Assembly (NCBI GenBank): GCA_963745235.1
Contig: CAVUXE010000035.1
Coordinates: 96,001 to 160,000, forward strand
Origin: an uncultured Spirochaetota bacterium
Lineage (GTDB): Bacteria; Spirochaetota; Spirochaetia; SZUA-6; Fen-1364
Direction: 5' to 3'
Length of the DNA: 64,000 nucleotides
Shown here piece by piece: positions 9,915 through 18,585 of the stretch (within the stretch, counting starts at the first letter, position 1; each line of letters starts with the position of its first letter). A model generated the notes under the pieces. That model saw only the letters and a program-made list of their open reading frames with translations. It was not told where the DNA came from and ran no database searches. Both the position numbers and the translations under genes were made by a program.

Positions 9915-10946
9915 GTGAAGACCAAGCCAGCCCCCGCTTTCGCGTTCCTCTCCCTGGTTCTTGTCGCAGCGATGGTCCTGGCAGTCGGCGTCGGCGCCGT
10001 TCCCGTCCCGCCAATCTCCGTTCTCAGCATGGCCGCGCGCGCTCTTGGCCTGCACATTTTTGCCGCCCCTGATGCCACGACGGCAATCATCGTCAGCCAG
10101 CTTCGTCTGCCGCGCGTCGTCGCCGCCGTGCTCGTCGGATGCTCGCTCGCCGTCTGCGGCGTGGTCATGCAGGGGCTCTTCAGGAACCCCATGGCCAGCC
10201 CCGAGATCCTGGGGGTCTCCGCCGGGGGAAGCCTTGGCGCGGTGGTTGCCATCACCTCCGGCCTTGCCGCGGTGTCGCAGCTCCTCATGCCTGTTCTTAC
10301 GATAGCGGGGGCGCTCCTTGCCACGACGTTGATCTATCTCCTTTCGAGCTCTCGGGGAACAACATCTCTCCTGTTCATCATCATTGCGGGCATGGCCATT
10401 TCCGCGTTGTGCGGCGGTTTGACCTCGGGGCTTCTCCTGTTCGCCAGGCAGTACGAGGTGAGCCAATACGTTTTCTGGACCATGGGCGGGCTGGACGGCC
10501 GCACCTGGCAGCACGTCCTTTTCTCCGCGCCCGTCCTTTTGCCGGGAGTCCTTGCGCTCATCTTCTTTTCCCGCGAGCTGAACCTGTTCAGCCTTGGCGA
10601 GGAAGGAGCCCATTCCCTCGGCGTGCACGTGGAGAGAGTCAAGCGTGTGCTCCTGGCGCTCAGCGCGGTCATCACAGGAGTTGCCATTTCGGTGAGCGGT
10701 CCCATAGGATTTGTCGGGCTCCTTGTGCCGCATCTTCTTCGCATGGTGGTGGGCCCTGATCACCGCCGGCTCATTCCGGCCTCCGCCCTTGGCGGCGGCC
10801 TCTTCCTTGTGGTGTGCGACCTGGTGGGAAGATCAATTGCCCCTCCCTTCGAAATACGCGTCGGGATCATCACCGCAGTCATTGGGAGCCCGTACCTCCT
10901 GAGCCTCCTCCTTCGCACGCAAAGGCGTGCTGCCGGCGCGAGATGA
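9915..10946 (+). CDS. FecCD/BtuC family ABC permease
   Basis: LRLPR, QGLFRNPMASP, GEEGAHSLG, IGFVGLLVPH. Confidence 0.9.
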   Translation: MKTKPAPAFAFLSLVLVAAMVLAVGVGAVPVPPISVLSMAARALGLHIFAAPDATTAIIVSQLRLPRVVAAVLVGCSLAVCGVVMQGLFRNPMASPEILGVSAGGSLGAVVAITSGLAAVSQLLMPVLTIAGALLATTLIYLLSSSRGTTSLLFIIIAGMAISALCGGLTSGLLLFARQYEVSQYVFWTMGGLDGRTWQHVLFSAPVLLPGVLALIFFSRELNLFSLGEEGAHSLGVHVERVKRVLLALSAVITGVAISVSGPIGFVGLLVPHLLRMVVGPDHRRLIPASALGGGLFLVVCDLVGRSIAPPFEIRVGIITAVIGSPYLLSLLLRTQRRAAGAR

Positions 10947-12275
10947 CGGACGCTCCTTCCGATTCCGGCAGATCTGCCGTTGCCGCCCTTCTTGTCGAAG
11001 CGTCGGGATTGTCGTGGTCCGTCGCTCACGCCCGGATCGTAGACTCCATAGATCTTGCCGTCGGGCGCGGTGAGCTGGTCGGGATCATCGGTCCAAACGG
11101 CGCCGGCAAGACCACCCTCATTCGCCTGCTCTCGGGCGGGCTCACGCCGACGGCCGGGGAGGTCCGCCTGTCCGGGCGTCCCCTTCGGGAGTTGAGCGCG
11201 CGTGAGCGCGCGCGGCGCGTTGCCTACATGAGCCAGGAGTCGGCGCAGGCGCTGCCCTTCACCGTGATGGAGGTCCTCCTGATGGGCAGGTATCCTCACC
11301 TGGGCCGGTTCGAGCGGGAATCTGCCTCTGACCTGGAAAGGGCGCATGAGATTCTTGCCGCCGTCGGCCTGCGAGGATTCGAGAACAGGATCATGGCGGA
11401 GCTTTCCGGCGGGGAGCGGCAGCTGGTTCTGTTTGCCAAGGCGCTCGTGCAGGAGACCGATGTCCTCATGCTGGATGAGCCCAGCTCGAGCCTCGACATC
11501 GGCCATCAGGACCGGATTTTCTCCATGACCCAGGCAATTGCGCGGGGCGGCCGCGCCGTTGTCGCTTCCGTGCACAACCTCAGCGTTGCGGCGGAATACT
11601 GCACGCGCCTTGTCCTTCTGGACAGGGGGACGGTCGCAGCCTCCGGTCCCGCGGAAGCCGTCATCAGGCCGGAGCTGCTCGACAGGGTCTACGGTGTGCG
11701 GACTCTGGTCACGCCGAGCACTGCCACCGGGAGCCTGACGGTCACGGTGGTCCCCGGCCGCGCGCTCGGACGGACGACCAGGGTGCACCTGATCGGCGGG
11801 GCGGGGAGCGCGGTGAATCTCACGCGGGAGCTGTACCGCATGGGGTATCGTCTCTCGGGCGGGATCGCCCACGAATATGATTCGGATGAGAAGCTGTGGC
11901 GAAGCCTTGCCTTGTACGTCGAATCGGTGGGCGCGTTCTCCCGCATCTCAGACGATGATGTGGCACGGGCGTCGCGCACAGTCGAGGAATCGGATGTGAC
12001 GATTCTCTGTTCATTTCCTGTTGGCACGGGGAACCTTGGCAACCTGAAGCTCGCCCGACATGCCCGGCGCCTCATCGTGGTAGATCCCGCTCCAGGGGAT
12101 GTCGAGAGGGCATTCTTCATGCCCGGAAGCCGAGGAGCTTTTCCGTCAGCTGTGCCGAAACGCGACGCTTTTGAGCTACCAGGACATCCTGTCCACGATG
12201 GCCGAGGGGCGCCAGAGCGCCGACACCGAAGGGTGGGCCGGGCGGAGGTCCGGTCCCGAGGCTATCCGCGGGTGA
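10943..12275 (+). CDS. BtuD/FepC-type ABC ATPase with C-terminal extension; probable frameshift near 12125
   Basis: GPNGAGKTT, LSGGERQ, LDEP, HNL; extra VHLIGGAGS domain. Confidence 0.8.
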
Positions 12276-12873
12276 CCCCGAGCTCCGCCTCCAGGCGGTC
12301 GATCTCGGACCGCAGGTCGGCAGCCAGGGGCTTGTACTTCGTCTCCCGGTAGGCGCTCAGGTAGTCGTCTTTTGCCTCCAGGAGCTGACGCTCCGCCTCG
12401 TCGTACTGGCGGCAGGCGGCGGCTGCAAGCTTGTTCCTCCCCGTTCCGTAGTAGAAGGACGCAAGCCCCCTGCGCGCAGGGAGAAGGTATTGGTCGCAAA
12501 GAATGGCCGACAGGAGCGACATCTCGACCAGGCCGGTGGCCTGGACCTGCTGCTCGGACCCCTCTGCCATCCTGCCCATGTGCTGGATGATGTCCCCCGA
12601 AAGGCCGACGAGTGTTGCCCCAAACGAAGAGAGCGCCAGTCTCGGATCTTCCCAGATCTTCGCCAGCTCAACGAAGTTGTTCTTCACGCAATCGTAGTAC
12701 TCGGAGACAAAAACGAAGCGGCTGATCTTCAGAACATCGCCGTTGGCGTTGTCCACAATTGTCTTCAGGATGTCCGCGCGGATGAGGTTCCAGGGCTTCC
12801 GGCTGGCCAGCGCGCGCAGGACCTCGGTGCTGTCCTTGAGATTGAATAGCTTGTCGCTTCCAAATAAACCCAT
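12262..12873 (-). CDS. Hypothetical helical (TPR-like) protein
   Basis: 203 aa ORF with coding-like third-position bias; no motif recognised. Confidence 0.55.
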   Translation of the reverse strand: MGLFGSDKLFNLKDSTEVLRALASRKPWNLIRADILKTIVDNANGDVLKISRFVFVSEYYDCVKNNFVELAKIWEDPRLALSSFGATLVGLSGDIIQHMGRMAEGSEQQVQATGLVEMSLLSAILCDQYLLPARRGLASFYYGTGRNKLAAAACRQYDEAERQLLEAKDDYLSAYRETKYKPLAADLRSEIDRLEAELGVTRG

Positions 12874-13273
12874 TTCTGCCCCGGTTGAACCGAGATTAGT
12901 CCCCGCATCCTTTCGTTTGCCTATCTATACCACCGCAATAGACTTAGCACAACAGGGCAAGCCGGGGACGAGAGCATTGCCACGCGGAAGGTTTTCGCAT
13001 ACCGTGAATCTCCGGGGAGGGGTTTTCCCGTTTCGCAACGGGATCGGAGGCCGGCATGGTGACGAAAAATGTGGATCTTCGCGATGCTCCCTTTGAGATC
13101 GAACGGATTTGGATTGAGGATGATCGAGTTTTCTTCACCCGCCAGGGAGATTCGCTTGTCTCCGCCGGGCCAAACCGGGCCGGAGTGAAAGCGCTTATCG
13201 CTGCCCTGCAGGAGATCGTCAAAGCCATGAAGTAGCATTTCCCTCGGAACGCGCGAAAGTGCACCTTCTTATC

Positions 13274-13471
13274 ATGCAAAAGCGAATCGGGGAGATGCTC
13301 GTGCACATGGGCGCCATGAAGCCCGAGCAGGTCGAAGCGGTCCTCGCGGCCCAGAAGGCCGGTGACACGAGGTTGTTCGGGCAGATCGCGCTTGCCCTTG
13401 GTTTCATCGAAGACAATTCGCTCAGGCGTTACGCTGACTTGCTGGATGGGAACAAGGAAACGGAGGCGTAG
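13274..13471 (+). CDS. Stand-alone MshEN (T2SSE_N)-like small protein
   Basis: RIGEMLVHMGAMKPEQVEAVLAAQ fits the 24-residue RLGxxLxxxGxxxxxxLxxxLxxQ motif, followed by a degenerate second copy. Confidence 0.7.
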   Translation: MQKRIGEMLVHMGAMKPEQVEAVLAAQKAGDTRLFGQIALALGFIEDNSLRRYADLLDGNKETEA

Positions 13472-13586
13472 CGCACAACGAGGCTCGCGTTGGTTTCCCG
13501 AGCCTCGTATCCGTCTTGTATTCAAGACCGCAAAAGGGCATACTACGTTGGGCGGGAATGTCTTTTGAAAAGGGTTGGAGGCGTGC

Positions 13587-14009
13587 ATGGGTTTTGAAAG
13601 AGTGGATGAGGGCTCGGATTTCGCGGCGCTCCGTGCGCCGAAGTATTCCATTGCGGAGAGACTGCCAGCTCTGCGAAGCTTTCGCTTTGAGATCGATGAA
13701 TACGAAGATGGGTATAGCAAGCTTGACTCGTTTCTGATCACTGAGTCCAACATGCCGGAGACCGGGATGCTGGTCTGCAAACACGATTTCTGCCATGGAG
13801 AGGGAGTTTCCCTTGAAGGTATCGTCACCGACATGTTGAAAGACAAGGTCAGAAACAGGGCTCTCTCGAAAAAGTGCGGAGGGAAACTGACTTCTCCGAA
13901 AGGCCGAAGAGCGCACGGGTCGTGCAACCGGTCATTTGAGATCAAAGTCCATCTCGACCTGAAGCCAACGCCTCGCTCTCCCAGTCTTGGCGTGACGGTT
14001 CATGCTTAG
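13587..14009 (+). CDS. Hypothetical Cys-containing protein
   Basis: GGAGG RBS before ATG 13587; CKHDFC...C...C. Confidence 0.55.
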   Translation: MGFERVDEGSDFAALRAPKYSIAERLPALRSFRFEIDEYEDGYSKLDSFLITESNMPETGMLVCKHDFCHGEGVSLEGIVTDMLKDKVRNRALSKKCGGKLTSPKGRRAHGSCNRSFEIKVHLDLKPTPRSPSLGVTVHA

Positions 14010-14060
14010 GGCTGCGCGGATCAAAGAAAACTGACAGGGCATCGCCGATCTGCTCGAGCA

Positions 14061-14108
14061 ACTTGCCGGAGACGGGGGTCGAACCCGCACGCCCCGTGAG
14101 GGGCAGGG
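14061..14108 (-). repeat. Displaced 3' half of tRNA-Leu (distal att site)
   Basis: 14061-14087 is identical (27 bp) to 26320-26346 and continues into a tRNA-like variable-arm hairpin GCCCC-TCAC-GGGGC. Confidence 0.85.
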
Positions 14109-14396
14109 CGAGGCTGTTGTTGCGGTATGCGGCAAGGCGTTCTGCTCCAAAAACCCGCTCAGAGCTTTTCCTCCTTCCTGGGGTGTTCCGACGGAACTCT
14201 TCGCCCGGTTCAGTGAAGGACCCAAGTTCAAGATTGTTCGCCACATCATGAATCCCGTCCCTATCCCGTAGACGAGGCGGCTGATTCCGCGACGAAGCCT
14301 GCGGTCATGAAATCAAGGCAATCGCAGTCGGCCATGAGGAAAGGGGACGGCTGTGAGCACCGTCGTTCAGCACATGGCTGCGCGTCCAATGAGCAT

Positions 14397-14463
14397 AGGC
14401 AAAAATGCCTGCCTTGATACCGGCGGAATGGCGCTACCGCGTATTCGGGAGCGTTCGTATTCT
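14397..14463 (+). promoter_or_regulatory. Regulatory module copy 1 (AGGCA-N4-TGCCT ... AATGGCGCT ... CGTTCGTATTCT)
   Basis: Same three blocks with nearly identical spacing at 15301-15368. Confidence 0.6.
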
Positions 14464-14516
14464 CTTGTCAAAGGCAGGCCCTCTCACGGCCTCGATAAAC
14501 CTGGGGGAGGTTTCAC

Positions 14517-14888
14517 ATGATGTGGGGATGGGGATATAGCGGCGGTGGAAGCTGGTTCGGGTGGATCGGTCCGTTGGTCATGGTTCTGTTTTGGGTTGCC
14601 GTACTCGCGGGAGTTGCTTTTTTTGTCCGATTTCTCGTTCGAAGAACCGGCACCGCCGAGGGAGAAGATTCGGCCCTGGAGATAGTGCGAAAGCAATACG
14701 CTCGAGGGGAAATAACGAAAGCGCAATTCGAGGAAAAGCGCTGTGATCTTGTTTGGCAAGGTTGTACGAGTGCCGGGAGCGCAAATGAAAAGCTCGTTAC
14801 TGCTTGTCATGCTCTTCAGTCTGCTCTTTGGGATGTTTGCGCTATCCGGGGCAGGAGCCATGCCCATGTCTGGAGCCTGGTCCGATAA
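14517..14888 (+). CDS. SHOCT-domain membrane protein (3' end uncertain; domain ends near 14750)
   Basis: MMWGWG..., one TM helix, ALEIVRKQYARGEITKAQFEEKR. Confidence 0.75.
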   Translation: MMWGWGYSGGGSWFGWIGPLVMVLFWVAVLAGVAFFVRFLVRRTGTAEGEDSALEIVRKQYARGEITKAQFEEKRCDLVWQGCTSAGSANEKLVTACHALQSALWDVCAIRGRSHAHVWSLVR

Positions 14889-15264
14889 TGGAAAGAAAAG
14901 CCCCGCCGCGGCGGCTCTTCTCAGCCTCATACCTGTGCCACTGGCCATTGGCCAATTCTACGACGGAGACTGGTCAACCGGGCTGTTGTTCTCTTTCCTG
15001 GAAACCGCTGAGATGGGCACGATGATCGGCGTCGCTGTTTACGAGGGCGGTTCGATGATGTACGGCGGCGTTCCCATCAGGAAGTGGGACGGCACTGGTC
15101 AAGCGGTGTTCTTCTCCTCTCTTGCGAGCTTTGTTCTCACGAAGTTCACCGACGCCTTCACTGCCGCGCTGATCGCCGATGAGCACAATGCGAATCTTCC
15201 TGCAAATGTCAGTCTCGTCGTGCGGGATGGGGCTCTTGGGCTGTCGTTGGACTACAAGTACTGA
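14785..15264 (+). CDS. Exported membrane protein, TM2/Borrelia P13-like
   Basis: Signal peptide, KKSPAAAALLSL..GQFY.GD, C-terminal LGLSLDYKY. Confidence 0.55.
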   Translation: MKSSLLLVMLFSLLFGMFALSGAGAMPMSGAWSDNGKKSPAAAALLSLIPVPLAIGQFYDGDWSTGLLFSFLETAEMGTMIGVAVYEGGSMMYGGVPIRKWDGTGQAVFFSSLASFVLTKFTDAFTAALIADEHNANLPANVSLVVRDGALGLSLDYKY

Positions 15265-15300
15265 GCCGACGAGCTTTCCAGCCGGCCCTCCAGCGTATAC

Positions 15301-15368
15301 AGGCAAAAATGCCTGTTCTCTTACGCGCGCAATGGCGCTGCCCAGCATGCATGGAACGTTCGTATTCT
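15301..15368 (+). promoter_or_regulatory. Regulatory module copy 2
   Basis: AGGCAAAAATGCCT palindrome at 15301-15314, AATGGCGCT at +30, CGTTCGTATTCT ending at 15368. Confidence 0.6.
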
Positions 15369-15488
15369 GATGCTTGAACGACATATCGGCAGGTGAGGAG
15401 GGTGGAAAGAAAAGAACAGAACGCCTACGCCCTGATCGGGCAGGCAATTCAGCAAGCGATGATTCATCGCGAATGCAGGAGGAATGAG

Positions 15489-15686
15489 ATGGCACATCAG
15501 ATGGCACATGGTACACAGTCGGTCAAAGACCCCGTCTGCGGGATGGGGGTTGATCCCGGCACGGCGGCAGTCACAAGGACTCATGAGGGGATGACGTACT
15601 ACTTCTGTTCTGCGGGCTGCGCAAAGCAATTTGATGCAGACCCGCATCGTTACGCGCACAAAAAAGAGTCGGGACACAGCAGTTGA
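15489..15686 (+). CDS. YHS/TRASH metal-binding protein
   Basis: KDPVCGM.V, YYFCSAGCAKQFDADP. Confidence 0.88.
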   Translation: MAHQMAHGTQSVKDPVCGMGVDPGTAAVTRTHEGMTYYFCSAGCAKQFDADPHRYAHKKESGHSS

Positions 15687-15702
15687 TGTGAGGGGGTCAC
15701 AC

Positions 15703-16455
15703 ATGAGAAGGGTTGTATTGACTTTCGCGGCCTTGGTGCTGGCAGCAGGTTTTGCAAACGCGCAGATGATGGGGTCCGGAGCCGGAGGGAACGGCGGCCC
15801 CGGCGGATACGACGGGATGATGGGCGGGGGGTATGGCGGCTACGGGGGAATGATGGGCGGGGGATGGTGGGCTTCGCCACCTCCCACGGACGCAAAAACG
15901 CTTACCCTTGATCAGGCAGTCCAGACCGTGAACCAGTTTCTGAAAGGCGATGGGAACCCCGATCTCGAAATCGCGGAAGTCATGGACTTCGAATACAATT
16001 TCTACGCTCAAGTGAAAGAAAAGAGCACGGGCATCCACGCATTCGAGCTTCTGATCAACAAGGTAACGGGTGAGATCGTCCCCGAGCCGGGGCCCAACAT
16101 GATGTGGAACTCGAAATACGGCTCAATGGGGTACGGGATGATGGGCGGTGGAATGATGGGCGGCCCAGGTCTGGGTTGGGGCGGACCCGGGGGATACCGC
16201 GCGTGGCAGAATCCATCAAAGGAAATGACGGTTACCTCTGAGCAAGCTCGCAAGTACGGCCAGCAATTTCTCGATGCCCGGCTTCCCGGGACAACAGTGG
16301 CCAAGGATGCTGACGTATTCTACGGATACTACACAATTCATGTGATGAAAGACAGCAAGATCTACGGCATGCTGAGCGTGAACGGCTACACGGGCTGGGT
16401 CTGGTATCATTCGTGGCACGCGTACATTTCGATGAAAGGTTTCGGCGAAGAGTAA
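15703..16455 (+). CDS. Exported Gly/Met-rich protein with PepSY-like repeats
   Basis: Signal peptide, GMMGGG tracts, PEPGPNMMWN, FYGYYT, LSVNGYTG.VWYH.WH. Confidence 0.75.
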   Translation: MRRVVLTFAALVLAAGFANAQMMGSGAGGNGGPGGYDGMMGGGYGGYGGMMGGGWWASPPPTDAKTLTLDQAVQTVNQFLKGDGNPDLEIAEVMDFEYNFYAQVKEKSTGIHAFELLINKVTGEIVPEPGPNMMWNSKYGSMGYGMMGGGMMGGPGLGWGGPGGYRAWQNPSKEMTVTSEQARKYGQQFLDARLPGTTVAKDADVFYGYYTIHVMKDSKIYGMLSVNGYTGWVWYHSWHAYISMKGFGEE

Positions 16456-16782
16456 GAGCTTGTTCATTTCTCTCGGAAGTCGTTGGGAGGCAGCAGAGGC
16501 GCATGTTCTCGCTCTTGCCGCTGATAGTGCCTCTGCAACCGCTCCATCCCCGCGGATGCTTGACCGTCTCTCCCCGGAGGCAGCCATCGACCTGGCGAAT
16601 ACCTGGAGCATGAGCAGCGATGAGAATAGAGTGAACCGACCGGACCTGCATTACCGAAACGAGACTGCACCCCGGATCGACATGATGAGAGGGCATGTCG
16701 TCTCTTTTGCTCCTTACCCGTTCCTGGCGATATATTGGCAACAAGAGATTGACGTAGAGAGCACGGATGAGGTCGGAGGGCC

Positions 16783-17205
16783 ATGATGCATCAAAAAATA
16801 GCCTTCCTCCTGCAGGCTTTGGCGATGCTTGCAGTTCCGGCCTTGACGGGTTCCGGCCAGGATCTCCAGCGCTCGGCCCAGGCGGGTGGAGTATCGGGGG
16901 TAGCAACACCCTTGAACCTTGCGGATGCAAAGGCTGCGACGATCGACATCAGACTTGCACTGGATGCTGATTCATTCCCGCCGGACTTCGATGTGGCAAA
17001 GGTCGCTTTTTTGAGCGATGGGAAGGAGATCATTGTCCCGGCCGCCGCATGGAGTGGCGAAAATGACGGGCATCACATTTCCGGCACGCTTTCGTTTCCC
17101 GCGGACGACTTACGAAGCGCCAAGATTCTCATAATGACTCTTCAGAGATCCGAAAGGGGAAATGATCTTGCGTTTAGTTGGGAAGGGCCATTTCCTTCTC
17201 TGTGA
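16783..17205 (+). CDS. Hypothetical exported protein
   Basis: GGAGG RBS, signal peptide, GHHISG.LSF motif. Confidence 0.55.
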   Translation: MMHQKIAFLLQALAMLAVPALTGSGQDLQRSAQAGGVSGVATPLNLADAKAATIDIRLALDADSFPPDFDVAKVAFLSDGKEIIVPAAAWSGENDGHHISGTLSFPADDLRSAKILIMTLQRSERGNDLAFSWEGPFPSL

Positions 17206-17467
17206 CTCCAATCGGTGAGTACGTTGCAATAATTTGGTAGCCGTCAGCAGCCTTTCCCTTCAAGCCATCGGCGAGGGAAGGTGCTCGGCACACAAGGTCA
17301 GGGACTGAAAGTCGAGGCAGACGCATATCAGTTCGACCGCAACTACGCGATTCACGCCTTGACGCCCGGTCGCCGGCGCCCGGCCGCTGGCGACTCGACA
17401 GGCGCGAGTGAGCGCCGCCATCATGAAACGAAAGAGAGAGCATTTTCGCAACATGCGGGAGGATGAT

Positions 17468-17854
17468 GTGCCATGCTATCTGAAGAAAGGCCTGGCGGTG
17501 CATTTTGAAAAAGCTCTTGAGCGGGTGAGAGAGGAACTGCAAAAGGAAGGCTTCGGCGTGCTGACCGAGATCGACGTTCAAGACACGCTGAAGAAAAAAC
17601 TGGGGATCGAGTTTCGAAAATACCGGATCCTGGGCGCCTGCAACCCGCCCCTTGCGCACCAGGCGCTCCAGGAAGAGACCAGAATCGGGTTGCTCCTTCC
17701 CTGCAACGTCATCGTTCAAGAAGCCGAGGGCGGAAATGTTGAAGTTGCGGCTATCGATCCACTGGAATCCATGCAGAAAGTCGAGAATCCTCGCCTCTTG
17801 GGCATCGCCTCACAAGTGAGGGCGAAGCTTCAAAAAGTGATCACGGCGCTGTAG
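17468..17854 (+). CDS. DUF302 family protein
   Basis: GFGVLTEIDVQ.TLKKKL, YRILGACNP, LLLPCNV. Confidence 0.88.
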   Translation: MPCYLKKGLAVHFEKALERVREELQKEGFGVLTEIDVQDTLKKKLGIEFRKYRILGACNPPLAHQALQEETRIGLLLPCNVIVQEAEGGNVEVAAIDPLESMQKVENPRLLGIASQVRAKLQKVITAL

Positions 17855-18031
17855 TCCAGCATGGGGCGACGGGTGAGAGTGATTTCAGGTGAAAGTTCGT
17901 AACAAAAAGCGTCTGTGCTGACGCCAACAATTCGTACCCCCCCATAAGCGAGCAGGACTGGCAAAGGAGGCGATTTCACATGACCGGGAACAGCGCCAAT
18001 CCCGCGCAACCGAGAAACGGGTCAGCAGGTC

Positions 18032-18397
18032 ATGCCGTTCGATTTGAAAAAGACTCAGCACATTTTTGAAATGACGGAAAGCGGCGGCGTACAGCAGGTG
18101 ATTGCCCGGGATTCAAGCGACGCCAAGCAGGTCAGCCTCATCCGCCAGCATCTGCACCATGAGACCATGCGGTTCATGGCAGGCGATTTTTCCGATCCGA
18201 CCTTGATGCACGGATCGGACATGCCGGGGGTCACGGAACTTTCACAGAACTCGGATCAAATCAAAATCGAGGACTCGGATCTGCTGAATGGCGGCCAGAT
18301 CAGTGTTTCGACGGGAGACTTGCATCTCATAACGGCCATACACCGCTGGTTTGGGGCACAGCTGTCCGATCATGGAGCCGATGCGACCTGTCGATAA
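18032..18397 (+). CDS. Hypothetical His-containing protein, probably 5'-truncated
   Basis: MPFDL..T.HIF...GGVQ, GDFSDP..HG..MPG, HRWFGAQLSDHG. Confidence 0.55.
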   Translation: MPFDLKKTQHIFEMTESGGVQQVIARDSSDAKQVSLIRQHLHHETMRFMAGDFSDPTLMHGSDMPGVTELSQNSDQIKIEDSDLLNGGQISVSTGDLHLITAIHRWFGAQLSDHGADATCR

Positions 18398-18585
18398 GGC
18401 ACCAGCGAGCTCCATGCCTTCCTCTGTCAGTTCCCTGCTCCTTCTCGCACCGCTTCTCGCACGCCTTGACAAAAGCGGCTCGCGGAATGTCAATGATACT
18501 GTAATCAGCACATAACCCGGTCGTCATTGGCTTAAGACTGTTCAGTGTCGTCCTCATCGCTCTCCCAGCGTGAAAGGAGGCGCAT

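Noticed and set aside
9036-10763. Long antisense ORFs (also 35108-36643, 7817-9265, 60598-61809, 18964-20292)
   Set aside because: Shadow frames of well-supported genes in GC-rich DNA, with no motifs
12947-12980. c-di-GMP-I riboswitch-like text (CAGGGCAAGCC...GGGACG) upstream of the MshEN-like gene
   Set aside because: The GNRA-capped P2 hairpin and P3 are missing; an Rfam search would be needed
14427-14445. sigma54 promoter in the duplicated island module (TGGCGC)
   Set aside because: The -12 GC is not at the required spacing in either copy
18466-18493. TTGACA-N16-TGTCAA upstream of hoxF as an operator
   Set aside because: Single occurrence; could be a -35 box plus chance, and no regulator can be assigned
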